Assembly: GCA_964187785.1 (NCBI GenBank)
Contig: OZ076413.1
Span: forward strand, 41,852,001-41,916,000
Reading direction: 5' to 3'
Origin: Amphiscolops sp. MND2022
Taxonomy: Eukaryota
DNA: 64,000 nt
The notes under the pieces are model-generated. The model was not told the DNA's origin, did no database searches, and saw only the letters and a program-made list of their open reading frames with translations. The translations under genes and the position numbers were made by a program. Numbering within the stretch: position 1 is the first letter of the stretch; each line of letters begins with the position of its first letter. Shown here in pieces: positions 44,923-59,887 of the stretch.

Positions 44923-45534
44923 GATAACAATAACATAGAAACAAAACGGGGACGTCTCAATTTCTGTGGTCTGAGAAAAATTAATTTGCCACTTTAACAG
45001 TCTAGCACTTTTTGTCACAAAAAGCACCGACAAAAACAGCTGAAAATAATATTTACCAAATGTTAGATTGAAACAAAATTATTTTGCCTTTTTGTAAAAT
45101 TTGAAGTTCTGAAACTTGAAGTTGAATTGAAAAAAAAATTTTGAAGTTGAATTCAAAAGTGGGTTATGCAACAGAAACGAAAAAAAATTTGAGCACAGAA
45201 ATGATATGAGTTTGTCGAAATTTTTCGGCCCCCTCCAGGTAATGAAGAGACGCTTAATTTCATTGCGCAATAATGAATATGAACGGAATCTCGCAAATTC
45301 GATAGAATTTTGAACAAAAGGAGACTTATAAACAGCAAATAAATTAACAACTGTCAATAGCGAGACCTCCAGAAAAACGTGTCTGTAACTAATACAACGA
45401 CTGTGTTGTACGCATGTATTTCATTTATGCGTGAAAAAAATTAGATGGTTTTCAATGGTTATTCAAACGTGGATCATTTTTTGATTTCTGGCCAAAGCAA
45501 TAAAATGATCAAATAAGTGGTAGTTAGTTCTTAC

Positions 45535-45570
45535 CTGTTTAAGAATTGCGGAGCTTTGACGTTTACTCAT
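45535..45570 (-). CDS. Candidate first coding exon of the dynein heavy chain (MSKRQSSAILKQ)
   Basis: ATG...CAG|GTAAG phase-0 donor, in frame with the acceptor at 39538. Confidence 0.5.
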
Positions 45571-46621
45571 AATTCAACAACAGGCCAAAAATAGTCTGGT
45601 AAATGCAAAAAAAAACGTTAAAAAAAGTAAACTTTTGAAATGTTTTTTTTTCTGTAATTATCGATACGAAATATAATTGAAGATTTTACAATCAAGCGTT
45701 TCTCATGGTAACATCTAATGTTTCCAGTCCAAGATATTTATATGCATTGGTAGCAGTTTGCTATGCGATGCATGGGAAACGCGAAAAAACGCACGTCGCA
45801 AAAACGAGCAACTGAAAAACTTCATTAACTATTCATTAGGAAAGCATTACTACGTGCCAAATGGCAGGTGTGTTTTTTGATACTTTTTAACGTTTAATAT
45901 CAGCTTCATGATGTGATTCTTTTTGGCAGAAAACTAGAACAGAGTTAAAATTAGAAAGGTATTTCGCATGCAAACTATATCAGAGACCATTTTTCGTTTT
46001 TTTTGTTTTTTTTTCTCCTGTTTTCTGTTTGTATGGGATGTCTGTTTTTTATAATCACTTGTAACATTTTTAAATAAATTAGAATACTCTTCGTCTTAAA
46101 ATGATTTTTTTTAAATCTATTTTATACAGGAAATACGTAATTTTTAATATTAACCAAGGGAACATGCCTTATAATAGGAGAAACACGGTAGTTTAATTGT
46201 GTAAAACTAAATCCATTGTATAGGATCAACGAAAGCTTCAGAACATATAACAGTAGATACAGGCTCCAAAATTTGGTTTTTCAAGGCCTTTTTGGCAACT
46301 ATAACGAATGTTTACTGTTTTATGAGCACGACGGAAAAATTGCGGTAAATGAGAGTTACGAGAGACAATCTCAAAATTGAACAGATGTTTCCTCCTTAAT
46401 TCATGATAATATTAATGCCTCGGAATTCCTAAGGTTCAGTTCTCTCGGCGTTGATGAAGCCTCTGAATAGCGGAAGGAACTTTAGCAACAAGTTTTTCAA
46501 TGTCATTTTCAGCTTTAGATTTCAAAAACGCTTCCGATCAGAATGATTCATGGCATGCATGGACAAAATGAAAAATGTATGTATCATGCATGAATCATGC
46601 ATGCAAACATGGATGACTCAC

Positions 46622-46798
46622 GACAAATTTGACTGGTAGCTCAGTGCGTATTTTTCGCAATGTTGACACACTTCTGATCACGTGTCTTGTGTGTCTGATT
46701 GACTTGGCCGTATTCTTGCGAGGGGTCACCTGGTTGCACTCTAGGTTGACCCTTGACCTGGAGGTAGCTGTTGACCCTGAGTCCACAGATAAACTCAT
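46622..46798 (-). CDS. Candidate alternative first coding exon (MSLSVDSG...PVKFV)
   Basis: ACAATG start with an upstream in-frame stop, exon-like GC content, phase-0 donor GTC|GTGAGT. Confidence 0.45.
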
Positions 46799-49149
46799 TG
46801 TAAAAAGTTCAGAAGGTCAATAGACCTCCCAGAAACAGTACAGTAGAAACTTGATTATTTGGATTGACAAAATTAGGAGTAGAATTGAAAATTCTCCGAA
46901 AACTTGTTCAACTTTTAATTGAACATCATCGAAAAACTCAAGGCTTGATTTCATTTCAAAGGACGTTTTGCACTCTATAACTTTGCACGCATTTTTGGAA
47001 TTTAAAAAAACGGAACCAGGGTTTTTGATCAAACAATAAAGAGTCTACTGTACCAAAACTTCAGTGTACTGGTTGTAAACTACAGCAAAAATAACGTGAT
47101 GGAAATACTTTGCTCGGCACGTTTAAAAAAATTCAAGATATACAAAAGTGGTCTTTGAATAGTTGAATAGCCAAGATAGACACGCGTTCTCGTTTGTTAG
47201 TCGTAGCGTAAGCACAATACTGTACACAGCTGAGGGATTATTTTTTCTCTGATGAAATATACAAGGAAGTGGTTTTAATTTCAATTAAATTCCAAGATCT
47301 GAATTGTAACTAGGCCGCACATAAATAAATCCGGTTGAAATATTTCAGCTTAGTGAGAGGTCAACAATTACAATTTATATACATATAGTTTATAAACGTG
47401 TCCATGTACACGAACAACGTTTTTAACGGTACTCGTATACTCAGGTTTTTTTAAAATAGCAGGTGTCGGAGGAATGTGTGAAAGGTTTTGCCAGGAGATT
47501 ATGAGAGATTTGAATTTCAGCTTTGTTCGTTTTTGCTGAATGAAAATAAAAGTGTTCACTCGAAGGGAAAGAAGTTATGGCTAATCCATCTTAAAATTAG
47601 AGAAGCAAGTTTGCCCTCTTGTACAAAAGGAGTTCGCACGTTCAAAAAGGTCAACTTGTTGGTAATGCTTTCAAAAGCATGGTCTTGGATGCAAAAAAGC
47701 ATCACAAAAATTGTAATTTTCAAGACTCAAGATTTTTGTTGTACTTTTTGGATTTCGTTTTTTGTTTTACATTTTTTTCGTCGAGTCATTTACAACTGGC
47801 GAAATTTTTCTTTTGTTTTTCCAAACTCGTTTCAGATAGCAGTTTGGGTTTTCCATTGACAAGTTAAAACATTGAAAAGACTTTAGCCAAACTTCTAGCC
47901 GAAGTACTTTTTTTCCAAAATTGTTCCAGTTTCACAGGTGTTTTGGTAGAAAAAAAAGTTTTTTGTTTCATTGAGCGTTAGTAGAAAATGTTAGTTTTTG
48001 GGACAAACTTCAAAATTTGCCCAATATAAACATCCAACGGCCTACTTTTGCACCTAAAGTAATAAGCAATTGACCATGGCTGTGAACGAACAGTGGAAGT
48101 GGCAACACATGCTTTTCACAGATTTTTCAATTGAAAATTTTTTCCCTCAATCTTTTCCAATAAATTTTTGTATCTAATCTTTCTGCACGGTTAAAGAATT
48201 GATTAGATAAAAGTGTGAAAGCTTTTCAAAGATCAATAATTTTTGCCATCTGAGGTTTTCTGATCAAATCAATGCTAATAGTTACTCAAAAAACGTCGTT
48301 CTCAAAACGTTCTTGATTTTTACACCTTTTCAGGCGTGCCAATGAATAATTAACAATTTCTAGCTTACAAAGAATCTCTTTCCACCTGTAGCGATCATAT
48401 CTAGCCGAGAAAATTTTGACCTCTGAGTGAAAACAAAATTGGAAAAATTTCGAATACCGGAAGTTCTTAAATGATTGTAAACGTGTTCGTCCTTCATGGT
48501 CATCTTACTGCTTTGAATTGTTTAGTAAACACCGTGTTTTTATCTGCTCTACGGTTTTGGTTGTGATAAATTTTCGGATTAGGGTTCAGTCACAAAGACG
48601 TGGCTGATGTTTTGGGGAAAATTTACCTTTTTGAACAACACCTGGGAAAGTGCCTTTTACTTCCTTTTTCCGGATCTTTAGTAAAGGAACAAATCTCCGC
48701 AGCAAATGGTTATTTTTGATGCGGTAGTTTGATAGAGCTTTTTAAAAGACCTTTGTTTTCATTGTAAATTCAAGAATGATACAAAAAATTTTCATTCGAG
48801 AAGTTGTGTTATCCACTGAGCGATTCAGGTCTTTTACCAGGTTTTTTTTTCAGAAGACCGGCTACTCGATTGCAAGCTTTGGATTTGCATTGAGGTTTCT
48901 CAAACATCATGACTATTTTCAGGCAAAATGATTCGAAAACAGGAGAACACAAACTAGGATTTTGTCAAAAAAAGAATTAGGTTTGTTTGTTATGCGGTCA
49001 TTCCGTCTCCTGACCTCTATCAAGTTTCGGTTCAGTGTCTAGCGTCTAGCCCATCCACCAACTGTTGACAAACAAACTCTAAAGATCTAGTAATCAACAT
49101 TTATTTATGCGATAGTTCTGGATACAGTACAATCGCTAAGAAATAGATC

Positions 49150-51800
49150 CTTTATTTCATTTTTCTTCGTTTCCTTTCCTAAGGTAGACTTAGAAAACAA
49201 CATTGAGCAGTCAGCTTGCTTTGAAACAAACCTAACATTACAGAACAAAGGCAAAAAAATGCACCGAACCTAGAAGCAAACGCTTCCCACATAAATCTTG
49301 TGCTCATACCGGGGCAGTAACTGGAGAGATTCCGGCAGTTCACAAAACCGGAACCCAACAGAGATATAACACCGCTATTCAAAGGAGAAGACGCAATGAA
49401 ATAGGGTTAGACCGGAAGAGAACAGAAGATTCAAGACGATTTTATTTGAAGAATGAAACCCGAAGTTCTCTAACAAAAAGAAGATCCGAATATAAAACGG
49501 AACCCGACAGTATAAACACAAACGACTTAATACGGTTACTCACCGAATATTACCTCACTCCACAAAAATCGAATACTGACCACAACCGAGCAGACTTCTT
49601 TTGGGCGGAATAGGCCCAAAAGGAAACTCCCGCTGAACTCTGGAGACGAGTAATTGGAAATGAAAAAGATTGTGACTTCCTTACAGTTTCGACTGAAAAA
49701 ATACTTCAGAGTATATGACAGCAATCACCAACAAAAAACTGCTGGACAAAATGATGGAAGAAAAAACACTAGAATTCAAAAAACTTATATTTGAATTGAA
49801 TGAACAGAATACTTATGAGGAACAAATCAAAACAATTATAATACCGAAAGCGCCAATTTCAGATTAAAAAACGTTTGTAAAACAAGAACTGACAGAAAGA
49901 GTGAGAAAATTCGGAACAAGGCCAAAAAACAATTTACGCGGGAACCGATCATGCACATTCTGTTGCTCTCCAAATTTTGATATCAATATATTAATGCCCT
50001 GCACTAGAAGTGAACTGCAATAAATTCGGAAAGGCCAAATAGGCATAAGCATGCAGACAAACGATTCAACAACCGAACAGTTGAAAGACTCATCAAAGAG
50101 TAGGCAGAACAACCGAAAATATCATTACACGAGACAGACCAAAAATTACACCACATAGAAGAAGCAAAAACAATGGAAGAAAAAAATTAAACACTCATTC
50201 GAAACAGTGATTACAAACGGGGTGAATAAAGAATTCATAGTAGATACCTGATCCTCAATATCAATAAATCAACCCGACGAGATAATACTGAATCCAATCA
50301 AAATACAGAAAGTAACAAGTAGAAACCAACATGTGAATAAAAATGAAGTCGAATTCCGGGAAAATTTCAGGTAAAGTAGTATATGAAAATACCAAGCACG
50401 AGATGGAAAATTGATTACCGAAAACTCTTGGACACTAATACTCCGAATGGAATTGATGAAAAGAAATTGGTTGACAATCTGGAGAATACAATTATTCGAG
50501 AACAACCAATTAAAAAATTAATTATCAGAATTTTTCCGGTCTTATTTCAGAACACGGAAAAAATAAAAGATACCAAAACCAACTTCCAATTCAAACCAGG
50601 GCACTAACCTATAAAAACAGAAAGCCCGACCGGTCTCTTTACAAGTACAAGAAGACAGGGGTAAAGAACTACAGAAATTAATAATAGAAAATGAAACGTA
50701 AAGACTGTTTCGTGATTCCGTGAAATTCGACTGTAAAAATTGATAAATCCGTGAAAATAGCACTCAACTCCCATAAACTCAACGACATTTTTCTAAAACG
50801 AGACCGTACATGCCTGAGACCGAACATGGAAGATCTGTTTGACCAGATATCTATAGAAATCGGACGAGACAGAACAGCACAATTATTTATCACAAAACTC
50901 GTTATAAAATACCTATCCGGACAATTGAGGTTATCTGGGGACAAGCTGACAATGCGTATTTGCACTAACCAGGGGTATATGTAGTAGATATTACAGATTC
51001 AAAATAAAATTTTAGGTATCCAATTTACCCACATTTATCAAAAAGAAAATTGACAGAACACTCTGTTATTCACACCATGTCTAGATGACATAAGTGTTTA
51101 ACCCGGAAAAAAGACAAGCACATGAGAAAAAACTCTTTGACGTTTTAATGGAACTATATTAAACCGGTTACCGTGCAAAAAAAACTAAACGTTCAGTTCA
51201 ATATGAACCAAAGAAAGTCACTACAAACTGACAGAGTCACGAAATAGACGGGATTGGAACGGAACCGAATAAAAAAAATGGAAGCCATACTGACTTTGAA
51301 GCCACCGGAAAATACAAAAAAAAGTAAAGTCGTTTCTCGGAGCCAAACAAAATCATGCAAACTTTCTACCGAACCTTTCGGAGCAGATTGACCGACTTAG
51401 CAAAATACTAAAGAAAAGTGAACCCTAGAAATTGGTAGAAAAACAAGAAAGATTTCGGAAAAATGAAAAAATGTTAGCAACAACAAGTGTTAGGAGGATT
51501 GGAGTGGGAATTACGCTTTGGCAAGAATGAGAAGATAAAATTACAAAACCGATTGGATGCGGAAGCAGATACTTTATTTAAAAAAAAACATTTGCACCAG
51601 TGAACTAGAAAGTTTAGCGGAAGTGTGTGTGCTGGAGAAATTCCGATTCTACCTTTACGGAAAGATGTTCTACTTATATACGACCCATCAAGTACTAGAA
51701 GCACTGATCGAAGGATAGCGAAGTAAGTAATAAAACAGCGTGAGATTAACGCGGTTGGTAGCTAGATTGATTGTTTCATCCTACAAAATTCCTTGTTTGT
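49150..51800 (+). pseudogene. Heavily decayed Ty3/Gypsy-like gag-pol remnant
   Basis: Protease-like EFIVDT*SSISI (~50230), RT-like KIALNSHKLN..RPNMEDLFDQIS (50751-50984) and CLDDI (~51080); many stops and frameshifts. Confidence 0.65.
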
Positions 51801-51839
51801 CGTTTATCACTAAATGGATGCGGAAAGTTCCGGATCCTT

Positions 51840-52260
51840 CCAAAAATCGGTTGCCTATACTTTCTCGTAAACATTCAAGTCCAACAAGCGATTTACAGCC
51901 CGTTCGAAAGAAGACAATCACCGGCTCCAACTTTTGCGCCGAAACTCTGCACATCTCGTGTCTCTACCTGCGTTTCAGCATGTTTCAAAACATGCTAGGG
52001 CCTTTTTGGCTCAATCTTGATACGAGTGATGAAGTGGCCACAAAATAAAACTGGAAGAATGGAAAATCTGAGCTCATTTCTTGAAAAAGTTTTTGATTCT
52101 GTTTTTTTGATTTCGGAGACATCAAGTGAATATTCCGCGAAAAGGCGTGCAATGCTATGTAATATCGTCTGAAAATCATATTCAAGTGTTTTTCTTACAA
52201 TTTGGTCAGCTGATGCCTCCAGACGTTTGTAGACACTAACTGTTACGAAATCGTACAGCC
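51840..52260 (+). repeat. Dispersed ~450-bp repeat (copy B)
   Basis: Homologous to 28020-28480. Confidence 0.7.
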
Positions 52261-53449
52261 GTTCAATTACGGTTAAGCAAAACAAGTTTTGGTTAAAACC
52301 GTTCCGACTAACAATTCCATGACACCCGAACTGCCAAGAGACGCGGTTGAATCAGATATTGAGTCTGTTAGATCTAAGATCTTCATGAGCCCTAACAAGT
52401 CCGAAACGGTAAAAATCTCCGCCAGCTCAACGTTTATTCCGCGCAAAGTGGTTCTTTATGGTCAGAAACTGTTTTGAGGTAAAGAGAGGACGTTTTCGGT
52501 TCGAAAACCATGACATTTAAGCTTCTATACGTTTACTTGCATGGATGTATATGGTCTCATGCATAGAATTGCATTTATTAAAAACTCAAAGTTCCTAAAT
52601 ATTTGAAATTTCTATCTCGGAAAGGACTTTTTCATCCCTTATCAGGTTGGAGAATACGAAATAATAACTAAACATTTCGAGTTGTTAGTATGTGATTTTT
52701 ATATTGTTCATTTCGATACAATACCTGGTCTCGATAGGGCGTTCAGATTCGAAGAACCTAGAGAAAAACTAACAAGCCGGGAACAGCATAAGCGGCATCC
52801 CTGTCTACGGCTCAAAAACACGAAGCACTTCAAAACGTTGAGGACCATCAGAACGGCACGACAAAAAACCACTTTATTAGTTGCGTTTTTTCCATGAATC
52901 GCCGACTAAAAAGACCACTGTGTCTTGGTATGTTAGATTTTCCAGACATCGCTAGCAGCATACTTCCAAATGTCCTGTAATGGGAAAATACTTCACAATT
53001 AATAAGGGCAGTTTGAATATTTTTTGGAATTTTTTTTTCAAATGTTTTTTTGTCGTGGTGGAAAACAGAAAAAAGCCCCGAGGGTCCTCAAGAACCAAAA
53101 TTACTCTGCAATGTTGTGTTATATTGGATTGTTTGGATGTTGTTTCGATTGACCTAGATGAATAGCACCAAATCGTGGCTGTTAAAAATTCTGTACTTGA
53201 ATGTACGGCATCTTTGCTAGAAATCTCTCGTGAAGATCATGAATATTATTGGCCCCTTGCTAAAACCATGCTTTAGCATAGCACACTTGACACGATCGTG
53301 CATGATCATTAAAGTACTTGATAGGAAACATGTAACTTATAGAAATTCAAGAAGTAGAAAAGTCAAGAAAGATGTAAAATATGGAGAAGGAGGAAAAAAA
53401 TTTTGCAATTCAAGAAATGTATGTTCATGAAAATTCGAACTCTTCTCAC

Positions 53450-56400
53450 CTGCTGTGCACTATAAAAGGCGCGGCCTGCCCCGGTCATTTCTTTGGCAGG
53501 CTGACCTTTGGTTCCAGGTGACCCGAAACTGACATTCTTATCGACCTTTTCGGTCATTTGGATCAATTCACTTGGCAGATAAATAAGATAAAGAGTCAAT
53601 AATTTAGTGTTTGATGTTTAATTGCTTCCCATTAATCTCGAAGCAGTCGCTCAGTGGTAAAATAAAAACAACTGGAATAAATAAACTTTTATGACAGCTG
53701 TTTATAATGAATGGAAAGCAAAGAAAAGAAAAAAATGGTTATGCACGGACGTGAAATCATTCTAATTCAATTTATTTATTGCACGTTCATGTGTTGAGAT
53801 GATTCGAAAAGATTTTTCATTCCATTGGTTTTGAAGTCTGATTTTTTATTCAAAGAAAAATGTACTTAATTCACACAAATTGCAACGAAGTATATCAAGT
53901 ATATCCTTACTTAAAACCGACATCAGTGATATCGGATGTCCCACTGATGACCTCATCGATGACAATTGTTAGTTGCCGCTTTTTTGAGTATGAAAAGCGC
54001 GACTATTTCAAGGTTTTTTGTCGGTTTTTGATTTTTTTTCTAAACGACACGAAGGTTGGTTGACAATTTGTCCCAAGCGACGATTCGTCCTAAATTCCAA
54101 AAAGCGACAAATCGTCCCAAGGGGCACTTCGTTCAATTTTGAAAAGGTGACAATTCGACCCATTTTGTAAAATGCGACAATTTACACCAAACTGTTTATT
54201 TATTCAGCTAGCTAACAACCTTTTGAAGATTGAGAGAGAGAAAAAAAACACTGTAATATTGTATAAGGATAGCTGGTGCCAGTATACAATAAGTGTAGAT
54301 TAATTTATGCTGAAGCATAAATGATTTTTTCAAGTTTTACAGGGCGATAAATCAAGTGAAGCGGAAATCACGCCCAGTATGAGATGTATGGATAGGCATA
54401 CGACTACTTTCAAAAGTTAGATGCTTTCTGAGACGACTTTTGAATGTGTGTAGTAGACTTATACTAGTGTCTCTCAAGTACAACGGTAGTGAGTTCCACT
54501 TCGAAGAAGAATGATGAAAGAAAGAACTGAAGAGAGATACATGACTTCCCACGCATATTATCTGATTAGTGCGATTGTTCCACCTAAAAATCGCCATATA
54601 TAGATTTAAAGTGCTCTGGAAGGCTTTTTTTAGTATTTTTGAGACATTGGAACAGAAATAGTAGAGATTTCAACTCGATTAGTTACTTTATTCCAATTAT
54701 TTTCTTTTTTTCTCTCAGATCACTCGACGATTTGAAGCTCGAACGGAAGTAGACAAATTTTAATGCCTAGTTCATCTGTTTTTCAAGGGAACGTAGTAAA
54801 GGAGGGGATATTTGAGTGAAAAAAAACGCAGAGTGGCCGAAATGACTGATAATTAGCGCGTGGAAAAGCATGACTAAGTCAGTGGTCGGAAATTTGTGTT
54901 GTAAAGATTCAATAGTTTTAATTCCAACTGCCATGGTTTCTAGAACCTTTGTTACTTGGGTTTGGAAAGTCAAGTGTTGATCTAACGTTATTGCAAGCTA
55001 TTTTTTGACTTTTGACAACTGAGGAGCACACGACAACTGTTTCGGAGACTAGTTGCCTCTTGTCACTTTTACGAGAAAAAGTTATGAATTCTGTTTTACT
55101 GCCTTTTCAAATTTAGTCGATGGGACTTAAAGTAACTTTCAAGTTTCAAAACATTTGTTTGCAAACATTGCAAAGCAATGTCAGGGTCCTGGTGACTACA
55201 AAAAAGCAAACAATCATCGGCGCACTGGATAATTCGAGCATCCTCCGTTATCTGTCCAGTCAGGTCATTGACATATAGGTTGAAGAGCAGTGGTCCTAAA
55301 ATTGTGCCCCGGGGAAAGCCTTGCTTCAGTTCTATCCAATCCAATTTGACACCATTCAATGAAGCCTGCTGCAGTCTATCACTGAGGACACTTTTTATAA
55401 AGCTGATGGCCGAAGATGAGAAACTAAGAGACTTGAGTTAACACAAAAGGATTTCATGTGGAAGGGAATCAAAAGCTTTCGATAAACTCAGCAAGACTGC
55501 ATGAACTATTTTCTACCCTGAATTTTCTGTTGAACCGATTCGGTGAAAAACAAAACATCATCTTCTACTGATACTTTTTTCCTAAAAGCAAATTAGAGTG
55601 GAGCGAAGAGATTTTTTTCTTCAATGTAAGCTGTAATTTGCCTATGAATACATTTCTCAAGAGTTTTGGAGAACGTTGTTGTAATCGAAATGAGACGATA
55701 ATTTTTGAGATCTAGAATGTCATCTTTTTTGAAAATGGGGTAATAGTCGCTCTCTTTAACATCGTAGGAAAGACACTTTCATTAATGCACTCATTCAATA
55801 TGAATGTTAAGTGAGTAGTCAAAATTTGCTTTCCATCCAAAATAGCCTGAGCGGGCACCTTACAAGGACCGGTAGGTTTGTTCGGTTTCAACTAGTTGAT
55901 GATATCGTAACAATCTTTCACTGTGATTGGACTAAGAGAAAAAGAAGAATCATCGGGGAGGAAGGATGGAACTTCATCATTGATATTACCAAAATGTTGA
56001 CCAAGATTCGAAAAAATCAGGTTGAAATGATTGGCCATTTCCTTGTCATCAACTATCATTTTACCGAATGAATTTCTCACTGCTGCAAGGTTGACCGACT
56101 TTTTGTTTTGCCCTCGGGCGTTATTTATGAAATTCCATCTCTCCTTAGCCGTGCACAGAGAGGAAAAACAGCTCCAGGCAAATTTCTCTTGCTTTTCTTG
56201 TTGATTTCTAAGCTTTGAGTATGTAGACCATGTTCGAGCAGAGGTATTATTACAGTATTCGTAGTAAGCTGCTTGGCGTGCCTGGGTTAAGGTTTTGCAC
56301 TCACTATCATACCAGGATTCTTTGAAAAGTTTAGGGGTCCTTTTTCGGAGAAATATTTTTTTGACGGGTGCATGCTTTTCCACAACACTAGCTAACATAT

Positions 56401-59400
56401 AGACAAACAGATTGAACATATCAGTAGCATTCGAACATTTATAGATTCTAAACCATGGGATATTTGATAGTGACAGACAGAAAGCGGCTTTTTGGTAAGT
56501 ACCCAAATCGAACTTTTGCAAGATTGTGCATTTCTGTTTTTCAGCGAAATCGTTTGTGAAAACTACTGAGCCAAAATGATCTGTTTTAAAAGGACTATTA
56601 AACACAAGCATTTACCGTCTAATATGTTTTCAGCTATTATATAATCAATGTGGGTTTTTGTAGTTTTACAGACACGCGTAGGTAAATTTGGGCTAGCTCC
56701 GGAGAACCCATATGGTAATATGATTGTTTCTAGGTTTTCCCGTTCAAGTGGGGTGAGGTAGTCGAAATTGTAATTACCCATCATTGTGATGTTTGCAGAT
56801 TCGCATGTGGAGTTGTCTATATTTGTTTCTAATTGTTCAAGAAAATCATTTTGATATTGTTTCAAAGAATTAAAAGTTACGTTAACCAACATAGTTTTCT
56901 AGCAATTTTTTGAGGAATCATTCCTACATTCTACCCAGATGGAGTCGAATTTAATTTTATCAAAAAGGTTTAGATCTTTTCGTTCTTTCGGAGCAAGTTT
57001 CAAAGGTACAAAGAGCATTGCACCACCGCCCTTTTTTTCGAATTTGCAGAACTTCGGTCGCATCTGAAAAGCTCGGGGGTGTTTGAAGCTACATTTCAAA
57101 AAATCATGTCATCACTAGGAGTTAACCAACTTTCTGAGATACCCACATTTGCGTTTGGTCCCATTTCGTTCACAAAAGATTTCTACTGAGTATGTCTTTC
57201 AGATACATCTTGAAAGTTCATGTGGACTATGCGTAAATTTTGTTTATTTTTGTCGGACAACTTGGAAACATTATCATAGCTAATTTCAGGACCTTGATTT
57301 TGCTCAATATCTCCACATACTTTCAAAAGAACTCTATCGAATGTTAGAAAATCGAATGAACAAAATGCATCAGATAGCCCAAGGTTTCATATGAATTTTT
57401 TAACACTTTTACATGCACTGGCAAGTAGCTCTTTGTCCCATTTTTGCAGTTTATATAAGTTTTCAAATACGAGGTTTTCATTATCTTGCATAAACACAAT
57501 TATTTTTTCATTAACAGTTTGCACTCTAGCAACATCATCCCGTTTCCTCAATTCACGAGTTACTTTAGCTCTGATTGGGGTAAGATCATCATTCACAAAA
57601 ACGTTGGTATCTTAGAGATTGCGCTTGTTTTTCATTAGCTGATGTTTCGTGTCACGTCTCATAAATTTGGCTATCAGAGGCTTGGGGCCAGACCCTCCGC
57701 CAGGTAAACGGTGGCAGGTACTTACGTCATTGGCAGTAATTTGGACACCGGCTTTTTCAGCAACACTAACCAACTTCGCAAAGACGTCCTCGCCTGGCTC
57801 CTCTTGCACTCCGAAAAAGCGCACATTCTCCCTTCGCCCATACTGCTCTATGCTGTCAGCCTCGATAATTGGCGCCAGGTTTTCCGTGGTACACCGACTG
57901 GCTTTGTTCAGCGCCTCAAATGCACAGAATTCACACAGGAAAGGCCTCCCGAAGAAATTCTGGGGAATTTGTGTGGGTACCCATACATTTGTCCAGATGA
58001 CAGATCCATTCCAATCCACACCAGGTCCAGTGCATTCAATCAGATGGTTGCTACCTTCCTCCTTTTTGCCCTGATTGGTGGAGGATATTGATGGGTTTCG
58101 CGCAGACGGCATTTCGTCGGGCCTTCTGTTTTATCAGTTAATCTGAAAAGACTTATTAAACAGCCGCAGCTATTTAATAAGTTTATCTTAACAGTTAGGC
58201 TGCGCAACAAAGTTTATCACAACAATTGAAATCAAAGAATTGAACAAATAGTTCTAAAAGTAGAAATGATTTAGTATATTAATCTTGAAATACTGAAGAA
58301 TGTGAAAAAAAAGATTATCCAAGTAGCCTAAAAGAGGCCCTTTTAATTGGCGTTAGGTGTTGGTACCTGCATCTGAATGCAATCTTTGCGGATTCTTATT
58401 ACAAATGTACTAATTGACCAATAAATTGGGGACAAGATGCACCTTTGAATAAATGGGACGAATTGCCGCTTTTTAAAATGGGACGAATTTTCGCTTTGGA
58501 CGAATCCCCGCTGGGGACGAATTGTCGCTTTACGCCAAACAAAGTAACCAAATTAGTTCTAGAAGAGTTCAACAAAATCGTGGAATGTTCCAATTGGCTG
58601 AGCACGCGACGTTGACGTTGTATCCGAGTTAAATTGCGTTTCACAAAGCAGGTGGCGGTGATTCGGAAAAAACGCTTCTTTTTGGCCCAGCACGCTATAT
58701 CCGAATTTTGGACGATTTATCCGAAATAAACTGCGTTTTACTAAAGAGGAGGCAGAGGTTCAGAAATGATCCGCTATACCCGAATTTTTGACGTTATATT
58801 CTAAGTAAATTTCCTTTTTCTAAAGGGAATGTAGATGTTCGAATCTTATCTGTTTCAGTGTTTTGTTTCCTTAAGAAGTCAAAAAAGCACGCTATGTCCA
58901 TATTTTGACCTTGTATCCGAAATAATTGATATTTCTCGTGAGAATGAAAGCAAGAAGCCCGTTTAGGTTCCCTCGGAATTTTTCGGTTAAATTGAGAATT
59001 CATGCAAAAGAGAAATCCTTTACGCTTTAAATTTTCATTTTCTTTGAGCTTTAAGGGGGGCGCCGACTTATGCCGTTACCAATTTGTTAGGGTTTTTTGT
59101 TACATCTGATGTGAAAATTGTCCTCTTGTTTGAAAATATTTCACTGGTAAGAAAATACTGTGGTTCCTCAAGTTGGACGCCAAAGGTGAAAATTTAGACG
59201 TATACATCAATTTTTGTTCAGACTACCTACGTTGATCGTAGCAAGTTTTTTCTTCGAAGAAAAACGTTTGAAACTGCGCCAAGTCCAAATTTCAGAAAAT
59301 GACGATCAAATTTCGAATAATTGCAAAGAACTTATTGAGCATATACGTACTTCTTTCAAATATAGCGTTACATCAAAACTTGAACTGGGAGAGTTTACAT

Positions 59401-59887
59401 TAAAGTTTACTTTTTTCGTAGCAGATCTTGTCTGTAGCAATACTAATTCTTTTTTATACATTTTCTTTTTTCTGAACATCCCAGGACAATTTGATCTGAT
59501 CCATTGTGAAAAAATGTGAGTTTTTCGATCGAAAGGAACCAGTCTAAACTCATAAAGTCATAAAATTGCAAGTCTCCTATAGTTAAATTGAAACTATAAA
59601 AGCTGAAATTATGAGTCCGTTTAGCGAACATCAAAGTCGAATAAATGAGAGCTTACTTGTTGAGCTTGTATGTGAGACAGAGTAGCCGCGGCTCTTTTGC
59701 CGGCTATGCTGATATGGTGGCCCGATTTCTCGGGTGTCTCGGCTCTGAAACCACGTGACTTTTTCTTCACCCTCGGCTGGGAGACGGGACTGGCCGCGTA
59801 CGGACTGGTCTTGAGGATGTCAGTCGTCATGGAAGAGTCTTGCGACATCTTGGTAACGGCGACTGTGGATAATGGAGGCAGCAGACC
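53450..59887 (-). CDS. Candidate upstream coding exons 59887-59657, 54002-53911, 53570-53450, probably a long N-terminal isoform of the dynein gene
   Basis: GT-AG boundaries join in frame: ...SHIQAQQ|SRFSYSKKRQLTIVIDEV...GFN|ELIQMTEK...SAQQ|, ending in phase 0, compatible with 39538. Confidence 0.55.
54050..58536. mobile_element. TIR element with GCGACAATTCGTCC subterminal repeats, interrupted by a LINE
   Basis: Repeats at 54060-54190 are inverted relative to 58425-58536; no clear TSD. Confidence 0.5.
54230..58200 (-). pseudogene. Decayed non-LTR retrotransposon (CR1/L2-like): ORF1, APE endonuclease and RT fragments
   Basis: ORF1 EQYGRRENVRFFGVQE (57612-58112); endonuclease GGGAMLFV, PTRV..THIDYI; RT QGFPRGTILGPLLFNLYVND..CADD (55096-55359); multiple frameshifts. 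Confidence 0.85.

Noticed and set aside
43922..45033. His/Pro-rich repeat ORFs (ISPHVHFTP...)
   Set aside because: Translation artefacts of the stop-free CATTTCACCCCA arrays in the foldback MITE
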